Shown: positions 1 through 12,328 of the stretch, piece by piece | Position numbering within the stretch: position 1 is the first letter of the stretch | Layout of the letters: each line of letters begins with the position of its first letter | Origin: Deinococcus radiodurans R1 = ATCC 13939 = DSM 20539 | GTDB taxonomy: Bacteria; Deinococcota; Deinococci; Deinococcales; Deinococcaceae | Length of the DNA: 32,000 nucleotides | Reading direction: 5' to 3' | Assembly: GCF_000008565.1 (NCBI RefSeq) | Contig: NC_001263.1 | Location: forward strand, 2,063,533 to 2,095,532 | Position numbers and translations under genes: made by a program | The notes under the pieces: model-generated | What the model was told of the DNA's origin: nothing | Database searches by the model: none | The model's input: the letters and a program-made list of their open reading frames with translations, nothing else

Positions 1-13
1 CGCATTTCTTCGT

Positions 14-88
<75 letters not shown>

Positions 89-90
89 GT

Positions 91-168
<78 letters not shown>

Positions 169-171
169 CGG

Positions 172-258
<87 letters not shown>

Positions 259-303
259 AGTTGTCACTGCTCTCACTCGCCCGACTTGTCCGAAGACAAG
301 ACT

Positions 304-382
<79 letters not shown>

Positions 383-465
383 TTCGCTGCACGGAGGGGG
401 TTTCAAGGAAAACCCGGCCTCTGGGCGCGGAAATTCGCGTTTGTCGCGCTCACTTCCGGCTGTGA

Positions 466-494
466 ATAGTAGCACCGGTCTCCAAAGCTGTCAA
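466..494 (-). promoter_or_regulatory. Sigma-70-type promoter of the four-tRNA operon
   Basis: The minus strand reads TTGACA (489-494), a 17-nt spacer, then TACTAT (466-471). It sits about 85 nt upstream of the first tRNA (Thr-TGT). Confidence 0.6.
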
Positions 495-704
495 TCACTT
501 CTGCGCGTCGGCTGGTGGCGCCTGTTCGCTAAGCCCCTTCTCTGACTTGGCGCGCCCCCGTCTATGCGCCATTTCGCGCATTCACCGCTCGGCCATCAGG
601 CGTATGCTGGCTTGCTTCCACGTCAGGGCAATGCCTCCGCACCTCACTTCCCTGCCGTGTGCTTTTTTCGCCGCCTTTCCCTTCTTTCCTTTTCTTTTCC
701 TTGC

Positions 705-2593
705 GTGAGGTTTTCCTTGGACAGTTTCAGAACCCTGTGGCCGTACCTGAAAATGCACCAGCGGCAGTACCTGATCGGCATCGTGGCCGTGATGATTTCC
801 AACGCCGTGGTGCTGCTGCCGGCCTATTTCATCCGCCTGACCATCGACGGGCTGACCCGCACGCTCGACAACAACCCGGCGACCCCCGGCATCACGGTGA
901 CGCAGGCCGGGTACTACGCGCTCGCCATGGTGGCGTCTTCGCTGGTGTCGGGCTCGTTCATGCTCCTGATGCGGCGCATGATCGTGGTCGCGTCGCGGCA
1001 AACCGAGTACGAAATCCGGCGTGACCTGTTCGCGCACTTGCAGACGCTCGACAAGAACTACTACGACCGCGCCCGCACCGGGGATTTGATGAACCGCCTG
1101 ACTGGCGACCTCAGCGCCGTGCGCGAAATGCTGGGGTTCGGGGCGTGGCAGATCGTGAACATCATTTCGGGCTTCGTGACGTCCTTCGCGGTGATGTTCG
1201 GCCTGAGCTGGCAGCTCACCCTCATCGTGGTCGCGGTGATTCCGATCATCGTGGGCCTGCTGGCGTACATGGCGCGGCTGATCAACGCCCGGCACAAGGC
1301 GGCGCAGGAGCAGAACAGCCTGATCGCTGCCAAAGCGCAGGAGAACTTCAGCGGCGCGCGGGTGGTCAAGGGCTACGCCATCGAGGACCGCGAGATCGAG
1401 GAGTACCGTGCCATGAACCTCGAACTGCTGCGGCGCAACATTGCGCTGATCAAGGTGGACGGGCCGCTGCGGTCGTTCAGCAACCTGCTGCTAGGCATCG
1501 CCTTCGGGTTGATTCTGCTGGTGGCGGGGCGGCTGATTTTGCGGCCCGATGCGACCTTTACGGTGGGGATGCTGACGCAGTTTCTGCTGTACATCGAGCG
1601 CCTCGCTTGGCCGATGCTGATGGTCGGCTGGATCACCGGGGTCACGCAGCGCGGCCTCGCTTCGTGGAACCGCTTACAGGAACTGTTCGACGCCCGCCCG
1701 CTGGTGCGCGACGAACCGGGCCGCACCGAGCCGCAGCTGTGGCCGACCCAGGGCGACCTGAGCTTCGAGAACGTGTCGCTGCGCTACGGGCATACGCAGG
1801 TGCTCGACCACATCAACCTGCACATTCCGGCGGGCACCTTCCTGGGGATTACCGGGCCGACCGGCAGCGGCAAGACGGTGCTGGGCCAACTGATCACGCG
1901 CAGCATGGACCCGACCGAGGGGGTCATCCGCATCGACGGGCACGACCTGCGGACCGTACCGCTCGAGCACCTGCGCAGCGCGATTGCCGTGGTGCCGCAG
2001 GAACCTTTCCTCTTCAGCGACACCATCGCCAACAACATCGGCTTTGGGCTGAACAACGACGAACTGCCGCCCGTGCCGACGCGGGTGAGCGTGGTGGGTC
2101 TGCCGCTGCCGCCGAACATTCCGCAGCACCCCGACCCCGAGCGGGTGCGCGAGGCGGCGCGGCTGGCGGGTCTCGCCGACGACGTGGAGAGTTTTCCGGA
2201 AGGCTACGATACCGTGCTGGGCGAGCGCGGCGTGACGCTCTCGGGCGGGCAGCGCCAGCGCACTGCGATTGCCCGCGCCATCGTGCGCGAGCCGATGATT
2301 CTGATTCTGGACGACAGCCTCTCTGCAGTGGACACCGAAACCGAGCGCCGGATTATTCAGGGCTTGCGGCAGGTCGCGCAGGGCCGCACCGTGATCTTGA
2401 TCGCCCACCGCATCAGCACCCTGCGGCACGCCGATCAGATCGTGGTGCTGGAAGAGGGGCGCATCACCGAACAGGGCACCCATGACGAACTGCTCGCGCT
2501 CGGCGGTCACTACGCCGAACTCGACCACCTGCAACGGCTGGCGAGCGACCTCGACGAACATGGGCAGCAGCCCGCGGCGCAGGAGGTGTCCGC

Positions 2594-2597
<4 letters not shown>
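705..2597 (+). CDS. ABC transporter permease/ATP-binding protein (exporter half-transporter, subunit with degenerate Walker B)
   Basis: The ORF track gives 564..2597. An N-terminal transmembrane domain is followed by an NBD with Walker [10 protein letters not shown]-loop VPQEP, signature LSGGQRQR, Walker B ILILDD and H-loop IAHR. Homolog-like N-terminus FRTLWPYLK suggests a GTG 705 or TTG 717 start rather than ATG 564. The start is uncertain. Confidence 0.85.
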
Positions 2598-4453
<1,856 letters not shown>

Positions 4454-4483
4454 ACCGCGTTGTCTGACAGAGTGGGGCGCCCC

Positions 4484-4521
4484 CGAGTCATCCGGGCGCC
4501 CCGCTTTTTTTGCTCGCTCCG
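4484..4521 (+). terminator. Rho-independent terminator after the ABC pair
   Basis: Perfect 9-bp stem GGGGCGCCC / GGGCGCCCC, followed by GCTTTTTTT. Confidence 0.7.
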
Positions 4522-4600
4522 GCCCCCCGCTCTGTATCCTGAAAGAGTTTCTTTGCCCGGCCCTGACCCTTTCATCACAGCGACTAGGAATACTGACACC

Positions 4601-5284
4601 ATGCCCGAACAATCCGCCTCTGTTTCACCGGCTTTGTCTCAGCCCCCTGCCCAGGCCCAGGTGACGGGGCGCTTTTTGCGGATGCTCAGCATCATTCTGG
4701 AATTGCTCGCCGCCGTGCGCGAAGCCGACGAGCGGGCCGAGTTCGGGGGCCTCACGGCGCGGGCGCGGGTGCTGGAAGCCGAAACCAATGCACTGGAACG
4801 CGAAATTGAGGACGCCTGCCTGGTGGCTTTCGCGGCGGGCCTGAGCGAGCGCGAACTCGCCTTTTACCTGATGGTGTTTCGCAGCCTCGCCAATCTGGAG
4901 CGGGTGGGCGACTACGCCTTCAGCGTGGCCCGCGACCTGGAAACCTACGCGCCGCGCGCCCGCAGCTCGACACTGCAAGACCTGCTGCCCCTCATCCGGC
5001 TGCTGAGCGAGATGGTCGAGCGCCTCGCCTACGCCTTTGCCGAGCGCGACCTGACGGCGGCCCGCGACGTGATGCGCCTCGATTTCGAGCAAGTGGACGC
5101 GCTCTACGAGCAGATGCAGCGCGCCTCGCTGACCCGGCTGATCGAGCGCCCCGAGGACAACGAGGTGGCGCTGACCGCCGGGCGCATGGCCCGCAACCTG
5201 GAGCGCCTGGGCGACCACCTCGTCAACGTGGCCGAGCGTCTGGAAACCCTGATGCTGCACGACCAGCGGGCTGGGCTGCTTTAG
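4601..5284 (+). CDS. PhoU-family protein
   Basis: Two PhoU-type repeats with the motifs LANLERVGDYAFSVARDL and ARNLERLGDHLVNVAERL. ATG 4601 was chosen because the upstream part of the ORF overlaps the terminator. Confidence 0.7.
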   Translation: MPEQSASVSPALSQPPAQAQVTGRFLRMLSIILELLAAVREADERAEFGGLTARARVLEAETNALEREIEDACLVAFAAGLSERELAFYLMVFRSLANLERVGDYAFSVARDLETYAPRARSSTLQDLLPLIRLLSEMVERLAYAFAERDLTAARDVMRLDFEQVDALYEQMQRASLTRLIERPEDNEVALTAGRMARNLERLGDHLVNVAERLETLMLHDQRAGLL

Positions 5285-5447
5285 AGCATTTGACAGAAAG
5301 ATGGCACAGCTTTTTGGCGAGCGGACTGGTACAGCTCGCAGAGAGCGAGTGCAAAACATGGAGCAGAACGAACTTGCAAAGCCGCGAAGCGAGAATGGAG
5401 CGGCCAGCGTGCTGCTGTCGACGCACGCGTCATTCGAAGAACTGCTC

Positions 5448-5453
5448 TAGACT
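5448..5453 (+). promoter_or_regulatory. -10 box (TAGACT) 7 nt upstream of the pepF ATG; leaderless-type promoter
   Basis: TAGACT-GCCCGCC-ATG, with no Shine-Dalgarno sequence. Confidence 0.4.
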
Positions 5454-5460
5454 GCCCGCC

Positions 5461-7246
5461 ATGTCACAACCGACCGAAATGCCGCGCTGGCGCACCGACG
5501 ACCTGTACGCCGGGCTGGACGACGCCCGCTTCGACGCCGACCTGAGCAGCCTGGGAGAGCAGGTCCGCGACCTGGGGGAACTGTTCGACCAGAACGGCAT
5601 TCGCCAGGGTGGGGCGCCCCTCTCGGCGGAGGTGCTCGCGCAGGCCATTGACGCCATGAACAGCACCTTCCGGCAACTCGGCGAGCTGCGGGCGTACATC
5701 AACGCCTTTACGTCCACCGACAGCCGCAACGCCGCCGCGCAGCAGCGCATGGGCGAGCTGACCACGCTGGCGCTGCCGCTCTCGCCCTGCGTCGCGCCTG
5801 ACCGCGTGGCTGGGCAGCGCCGAGGAAGGGCAACTTCACGACGTGCTGGGCAGCTCCGAGCTGGTGCGCGACCACGAGTATTTCGTGCGCCGCGCCGCCG
5901 AGTACGCCCGGCACCAGATGACGCCGCCCGAAGAAGACCTCGCCGCGCAGTTGCGGCCCAGCGGCGCGGGCGGCTGGGGCAAGCTGCACGGCAACTTCAC
6001 CAGCCAGTTGCGCGGCGAGTACCGGGGCGAACTTCTGCCCGTCACGGCGCTGCGGGCATTGGCGACCGAGCCGGACGAAGCGGTGCGCCGCGACGCTTTT
6101 GAGGCCGAGCTGAAGGTCTGGCGGGAGAGCGACACCGTGACGGCGGCGTGCATGAACGGCGTGAAGGGCGAAGAAGGCACCCTGGCCCGGCGCCGGGGCT
6201 TTGCCGAGCCGCTCGACGTGAGCCTGCTCAACAACGGCATTGACCGCGCCACACTGGACGCCATGCAAGGCGCGGTGGTGCGCTCGCTGCCCGATTTCCG
6301 CCGCTACTTCGCGGCCAAAGCGCGGGCACTGGGCAAACAGAAGCTCGACTGGTGGGACCTGTTCGCGCCGGTCGGAGAAACCTCTACAGAATGGACCTAC
6401 GAAGCCGGCAGCGAGTTCGTGGAGCGGCAGTTCCGGGGCTACTCGGACAAACTCGGTGACTTTGCCGCCCGCGCCTTTGCCGGGGACTGGGTGGACGCCG
6501 GCCCGCGCGACGGCAAGCGCGGCGGGGCCTTTTGCATGGGCTGGCAGGGCGACGCGAGCCGCATTCTGATGAACCACAGCCCCAGCCTCGACAGCGTGTC
6601 CACCCTGGCCCACGAACTCGGGCATGGCTACCACAACTTCGTCAAGGCCGGGCGCACCCCGCTGCAAAAAGAAACGCCGATGACGCTGGCCGAAACCGCC
6701 TCGATTTTCTGCGAAACGATCATCCAGAATGCGGCGCTGCAAACCGCGCAGGGCGCCGAGAAGCTCTACGTGCTCGAAACGCAGCTCCTGGGGCACGCGC
6801 AGGTCGTGGTGGACATCCACAGCCGCTTCCTGTTCGAGCGCGCGGTCTTCGAAAAGCGGGCCGAGCGCGACCTGACCCCCCACGAACTATGCGAGCTGAT
6901 GACGCAGGCCCAGCGCGAGAGCTACGGCGACGCGCTCGCCACGCTGCACCCCTACATGTGGGCCGTCAAGCCGCACTACTACGGCTCGACTTTTTACAAC
7001 TACCCCTACACCTTCGGGCTGCTGTTCGGCCTCGGTCTGTACGCCCAGTACGAGCAGGCCCGCGCCGAGGGCAACGCCGCCGACTTCCAGCGCCGCTACG
7101 ACGAGCTGCTCTCCTCCACTGGGCTCGCCGACGCCCGCACGCTCGCGGCCCGCTTCGGCATCGACCTGCACGCGCCCGATTTCTGGGAAGGCAGCCTGAA
7201 CGTGATCCGCCGCCAGATTGATGAATACGAGCGCGCGGTGAGCTGA
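5461..7246 (+). pseudogene. pepF: Oligoendopeptidase F (M3B metallopeptidase) interrupted by a frameshift near 5785-5790
   Basis: The N-terminal part from ATG 5461 (MSQPTEMPRWRTDDLY...) is in frame 1. The remainder, including the zinc motif HELGHGYH, is in frame 2 (ORF 5843..7246). The frame-2 translation already reads SRLTAWLGSAEEGQL from about 5791. Removing one base of CCC 5785-5787 gives a single ORF of about 594 aa. Confidence 0.8.
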
Positions 7247-7291
7247 GCTATGCCATCGGGGCCAGTCTGACGTGATGACCGGCCCCGACGC

Positions 7292-7320
7292 TTGCGCCTT
7301 TTGAAAGTGCGTGCTACTAT
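7292..7320 (+). promoter_or_regulatory. Promoter of tRNA-Asn
   Basis: TTGCGC (7292-7297), a 17-nt spacer, then TACTAT (7315-7320). It sits about 45 nt upstream of the tRNA. Confidence 0.5.
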
Positions 7321-7362
7321 CCCTCTCGCGCCGGAAACGGCCCGCCACGCGCAAAGCGCGCA

Positions 7363-7442
<80 letters not shown>

Positions 7443-7445
7443 CGC

Positions 7446-7474
7446 AACCCCCCGCCCCCGTGGTGGGGGTTTTG
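7446..7474 (+). terminator. Rho-independent terminator after tRNA-Asn
   Basis: Stem AACCCCC / GGGGGTT (or the inner CCCCC/GGGGG), followed by a T-run. Confidence 0.6.
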
Positions 7475-7519
7475 CTTTGCCTTTGATGTCAATGGAACGA
7501 ACAGGAGCGACAATCGGTC

Positions 7520-7963
7520 ATGGCTCTCACCCTGGCGCTGTTGACGCTCCTCGCCTTTGACCCGCTGCCCCTGGAACAGACGCCGTGGACGCTTCGCAGC
7601 CTGACGTTGCCGGGCCAGGAGACGTTCACTCTGGGGCCGCGCTTGCCCCGGCCCACGCTGCGACTCGGGCCGACGCGGTTCACGGGACACACCGGCTGCA
7701 ACGCCATTTCCGGGCAAGCCACTTGGGATGGAGGCCGCCTGACGTTACGAGTTCAGCACCAAACATCCCTCCCCTGCCCCGACCATCTGCTGAGTCTGGA
7801 AGCCGACTTTTTGCGGCTGCTCCAGGGCCCACTGCGGCCCGAACTCCAGGGACGCACGCTCACGCTGTCGGGGGAAGAGCGCGGGCGACTGGTGTTCGGC
7901 GCCCCCGGTTTCTCAAGTTCCGGCCCGGATGTCCTTACACCGGAGGCAGGGCGCGGCGATTAG
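7520..7963 (+). CDS. META domain-containing protein (HslJ-like)
   Basis: META-type pattern: WTLRSL ... F.GHTGCNAISG ... LPC ... EADFLRLL ... TLTL. Short hydrophobic N-terminus. AGGAG lies upstream. Confidence 0.7.
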   Translation: MALTLALLTLLAFDPLPLEQTPWTLRSLTLPGQETFTLGPRLPRPTLRLGPTRFTGHTGCNAISGQATWDGGRLTLRVQHQTSLPCPDHLLSLEADFLRLLQGPLRPELQGRTLTLSGEERGRLVFGAPGFSSSGPDVLTPEAGRGD

Positions 7964-7966
7964 ACT
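7961..7966 (+). promoter_or_regulatory. -10 box (TAGACT) 6 nt upstream of ATG 7973
   Basis: TAGACT-TCGGCC-ATG. The box overlaps the TAG stop of the META gene. Confidence 0.35.
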
Positions 7967-7972
7967 TCGGCC

Positions 7973-8545
<573 letters not shown>

Positions 8546-8565
8546 GCTGACTGCTTTTCCCCTGG

Positions 8566-8593
8566 CCCATCCCCTGTGGATGGGTTTTTATTT
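8566..8593 (+). terminator. Rho-independent terminator
   Basis: Stem CCCATCC / GGATGGG with loop CCTGT, followed by TTTTTATTT. Confidence 0.6.
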
Positions 8594-8637
8594 GGCGAAC
8601 CCAGGCGGCTCCGAATGATTGGTGAACTGACGCCAAG

Positions 8638-8666
8638 TTGCCAAATCCACAACGAGTCAATAGGCT
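8638..8666 (+). promoter_or_regulatory. Promoter of the lipoprotein gene (leaderless type)
   Basis: TTGCCA, a 17-nt spacer, then TAGGCT, and 5 nt before ATG 8672. Confidence 0.5.
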
Positions 8667-8671
8667 GAAGC

Positions 8672-9658
8672 ATGAACAAAGGCACTTTTTCTCTGCTCGC
8701 TGCGGGCCTGCTGCTGGTGGCCTGCGATACAGCGCCGCGCACGCCGGTCAGCTTCAATCCCGAGGTTGTGCTGACGAGTGACCCGGTGGGCGACGACCCA
8801 GGGCAACTCGACCTGCGGGCCACCGTGACCGCCCGTGACCCGGTGGAGCGCGTGGTGTTTTACCGCGACGGCAAACTGCTCGGCGAGGACCGTGAAGCGC
8901 CCTACACCTGGAGAGACCACATTGAAGACGGCGTCACGTACACCTATCAGGCAGTGGCCTATGACAAGGCCGAGCGCCGGGGCGCCAGCAATTTCTACGA
9001 CGTGACCTTGCGCCCCTCCCTCGAAAGCGTGGCAGGCAAGCTGAGCGAGCTGCCCGCGCTGACCTCGCCCACCGAGGCGCGGCCCTGGACGGGGGGCGCC
9101 GGCAAGCTGGAGCTGTTCGCCGGAGACCAGACCGTGCTCAGCACGCCGCTGGCCGCTGACGGGAGCTTCACCTTCGACCTGAAGCAGCCCCCCCAGACCG
9201 GCTGGCAGGCCGCGACCCCACAAAACCTGCTCGCTCCGCTGGGCCTCGCCGGTTGTCAAGGCAATGCCAGCAGCAGTGACCCGGCGGTGCGGATGGTGCC
9301 GACTCAGACGCGGGTGAGCGCGGGCAAGAGCGGCCCGGTCGCGCCCTTCAAGGTCTTGCCGCCTACCCAGGCCGGAAACGTGCAGCTCAACTATTTCTCG
9401 CTGGGTTTCCTCGTCTACGCCGAGCGCAAGGTCAACCTGACAGGCCAGCTCACCTGCGGGACGGGCGCAGGCAGCACGCAGGTCAGTTTGCAGTTGCCGC
9501 TGCAACAGGGCTGGAACAAGGTGACGCAGCAGGTCACGCAGCCTTCCGGCGCGGCGCAGCCACGCAGCTCAGCCTCGCCACCAATTTTCCGGTGCCTGAG
9601 CAGTGGACGCTGCTGCCCCAGCGGCCCTGAGCGTAGCCCCGACCGCCCCGGCCCTTGA
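8672..9658 (+). CDS. Putative lipoprotein with an Ig-like domain (3' end possibly frameshifted; alternative stop at 9628-9630)
   Basis: Signal peptide with lipobox LLLVAC. High GC3. The last roughly 30 residues (PRSSASPPIFRCLSSGRCCPSGPERSPDRPGP) look like an out-of-frame translation. Confidence 0.65.
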   Translation: MNKGTFSLLAAGLLLVACDTAPRTPVSFNPEVVLTSDPVGDDPGQLDLRATVTARDPVERVVFYRDGKLLGEDREAPYTWRDHIEDGVTYTYQAVAYDKAERRGASNFYDVTLRPSLESVAGKLSELPALTSPTEARPWTGGAGKLELFAGDQTVLSTPLAADGSFTFDLKQPPQTGWQAATPQNLLAPLGLAGCQGNASSSDPAVRMVPTQTRVSAGKSGPVAPFKVLPPTQAGNVQLNYFSLGFLVYAERKVNLTGQLTCGTGAGSTQVSLQLPLQQGWNKVTQQVTQPSGAAQPRSSASPPIFRCLSSGRCCPSGPERSPDRPGP

Positions 9659-9684
9659 CCCTCTCCCCCGCCGCGCCGCACAAT
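9655..9684 (+). promoter_or_regulatory. Candidate promoter of the glyQS T-box leader
   Basis: TTGACC (9655-9660), an 18-nt spacer, then CACAAT (9679-9684). Confidence 0.4.
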
Positions 9685-9690
9685 AGCCCG

Positions 9691-9905
9691 GAGGCGTTGA
9701 ACCGCAGGAGTACCGCGAAGAGCCCCCAACGAGCGAGCCTGAGACGGTGAGAGTCAGGCAGGGTGAGGCGCGACGGGAAAGGCAGCGGGGAGCCACAACC
9801 GGTCTGAAAGGTGCTGGCGAGGGCCAGAACTGGGGTGGAACCGCGCATGTCCCGTGCGTCCCCGGATGAGCTGCCACAACACGGCGACTCGTCCGGGACG
9901 TTTTC
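9691..9905 (+). promoter_or_regulatory. T-box riboswitch leader (glycine specifier GGC) with terminator
   Basis: Stem I elements: AGGAGTA; AG bulge AGCGA; distal hairpin GCCTGA-GACGGTGAGAG-TCAGGC. Specifier context GAAA-GGC-A at 9777-9784. T-box sequence AACTGGGGTGGAACCGCG at 9828-9845. Long terminator hairpin 9857-9900 followed by TTTT. It lies directly upstream of glycyl-tRNA synthetase. Confidence 0.85.
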
Positions 9906-9999
9906 ATGAGCTCAGATTGTCTCCCCGTCCAACTGTCTCACCGCTGCAAGCCGTTTGACCGTTCGACCCTTTGACTGTTTGACGCTCCGAAGGAGCCAT

Positions 10000-11519
<1,520 letters not shown>

Positions 11520-11520
<1 letters not shown>

Positions 11521-11810
11521 TGGCCGAGCCTCTGACCATCTTCCTGATCGTGGACAATGCACCGGACGCGGAGGACGACTGTTACGCGCTGAGCGGCACG
11601 GTCATCCAGGAGGATGGTCAGGAGGTCTGGCGCGGCAATGAGGGCCGCTGGATTCCACTGGACGACGACTGGCGTGGGCGGCGGCGGGAGGTGAAACCGG
11701 AAGTGGCCCATCTCCTCGGCCCCGCCGCTCACTTTCTGCCCGTGGTGGTGCGCCTGCTGCCGGACGGCGACCTCGACGGCGTGCCGCTGGGGTGGAAGCT
11801 TCCACCGTGA
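11520..11810 (+). CDS. Hypothetical small acidic protein
   Basis: The ATG overlaps the glyQS stop (TGATG). High GC3. No recognisable family. Confidence 0.45.
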
Positions 11811-11831
11811 TCCCCGAAACCTATCCTGACT

Positions 11832-11856
11832 CCTGCCCCCGTGCAGGGGTTTTTTG
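11832..11856 (+). terminator. Rho-independent terminator
   Basis: Stem CCTGC / GCAGG (alternatively CCCC/GGGG), followed by TTTTTT. Confidence 0.5.
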
Positions 11857-11885
11857 CTCTCCTGGCCCTCTGCCACAATCTCCCC

Positions 11886-12323
11886 ATGACCCAACGAACC
11901 GAGGAGCAGTATTTCGACCAACTGATGCAGCTCGAATTTGCTGTGCTGGGCTTTTTCGACGACCACCCGGACCTGACCGACGCGGTGGTGGACAGCGCCT
12001 ACGAGGAACTCGCCAAACGCTACCGCGCCGAGGCGACGGCCCATGAGTACAAGCCGGGCAAGCTGGACGGCCTGCGGCTGGAGCTGCACGACACCCTGCT
12101 GCCGCTCGCCGAGATGCTGGTGGGGCGGCCCGACAACGTGATGCCGTATGCGCCGGTCAGCGCCCAGGCCATGCAGGACGTGTTCAAGCGGCTGCGCGCC
12201 AGCATCAAGCGCTGGGGCAAGGTGGGCGGGCGGCAGGCGTATCTGAACTTCATAGGCGGGCAACTCGGCGGCCTGGAGCTCGACGGGCTGGAACTTGATG
12301 GACTGGAACTGGACGAGGACTGA
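11886..12323 (+). CDS. Hypothetical protein with a C-terminal (GLELD)x3 repeat
   Basis: ATG 11886 is preceded by CACAAT (11874-11879) plus 6 nt. High GC3. The upstream part of ORF 11841 overlaps the terminator. Confidence 0.55.
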   Translation: MTQRTEEQYFDQLMQLEFAVLGFFDDHPDLTDAVVDSAYEELAKRYRAEATAHEYKPGKLDGLRLELHDTLLPLAEMLVGRPDNVMPYAPVSAQAMQDVFKRLRASIKRWGKVGGRQAYLNFIGGQLGGLELDGLELDGLELDED

Positions 12324-12328
12324 GCCTG

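Noticed and set aside
564-704. ATG 564 as the start of the first ABC gene
   Set aside because: It would add about 47 residues translated from a homopyrimidine tract ([13 protein letters not shown]). Homologous exporters begin about 10-20 residues before the first TM helix, near the FRTLWPYLK-type segment. This remains unproven.
9955-9999. Upstream start for glyQS
   Set aside because: There is no homolog-like sequence there. AAGGAG is positioned for ATG 10000, and the N-terminus [20 protein letters not shown] matches GlyRS.
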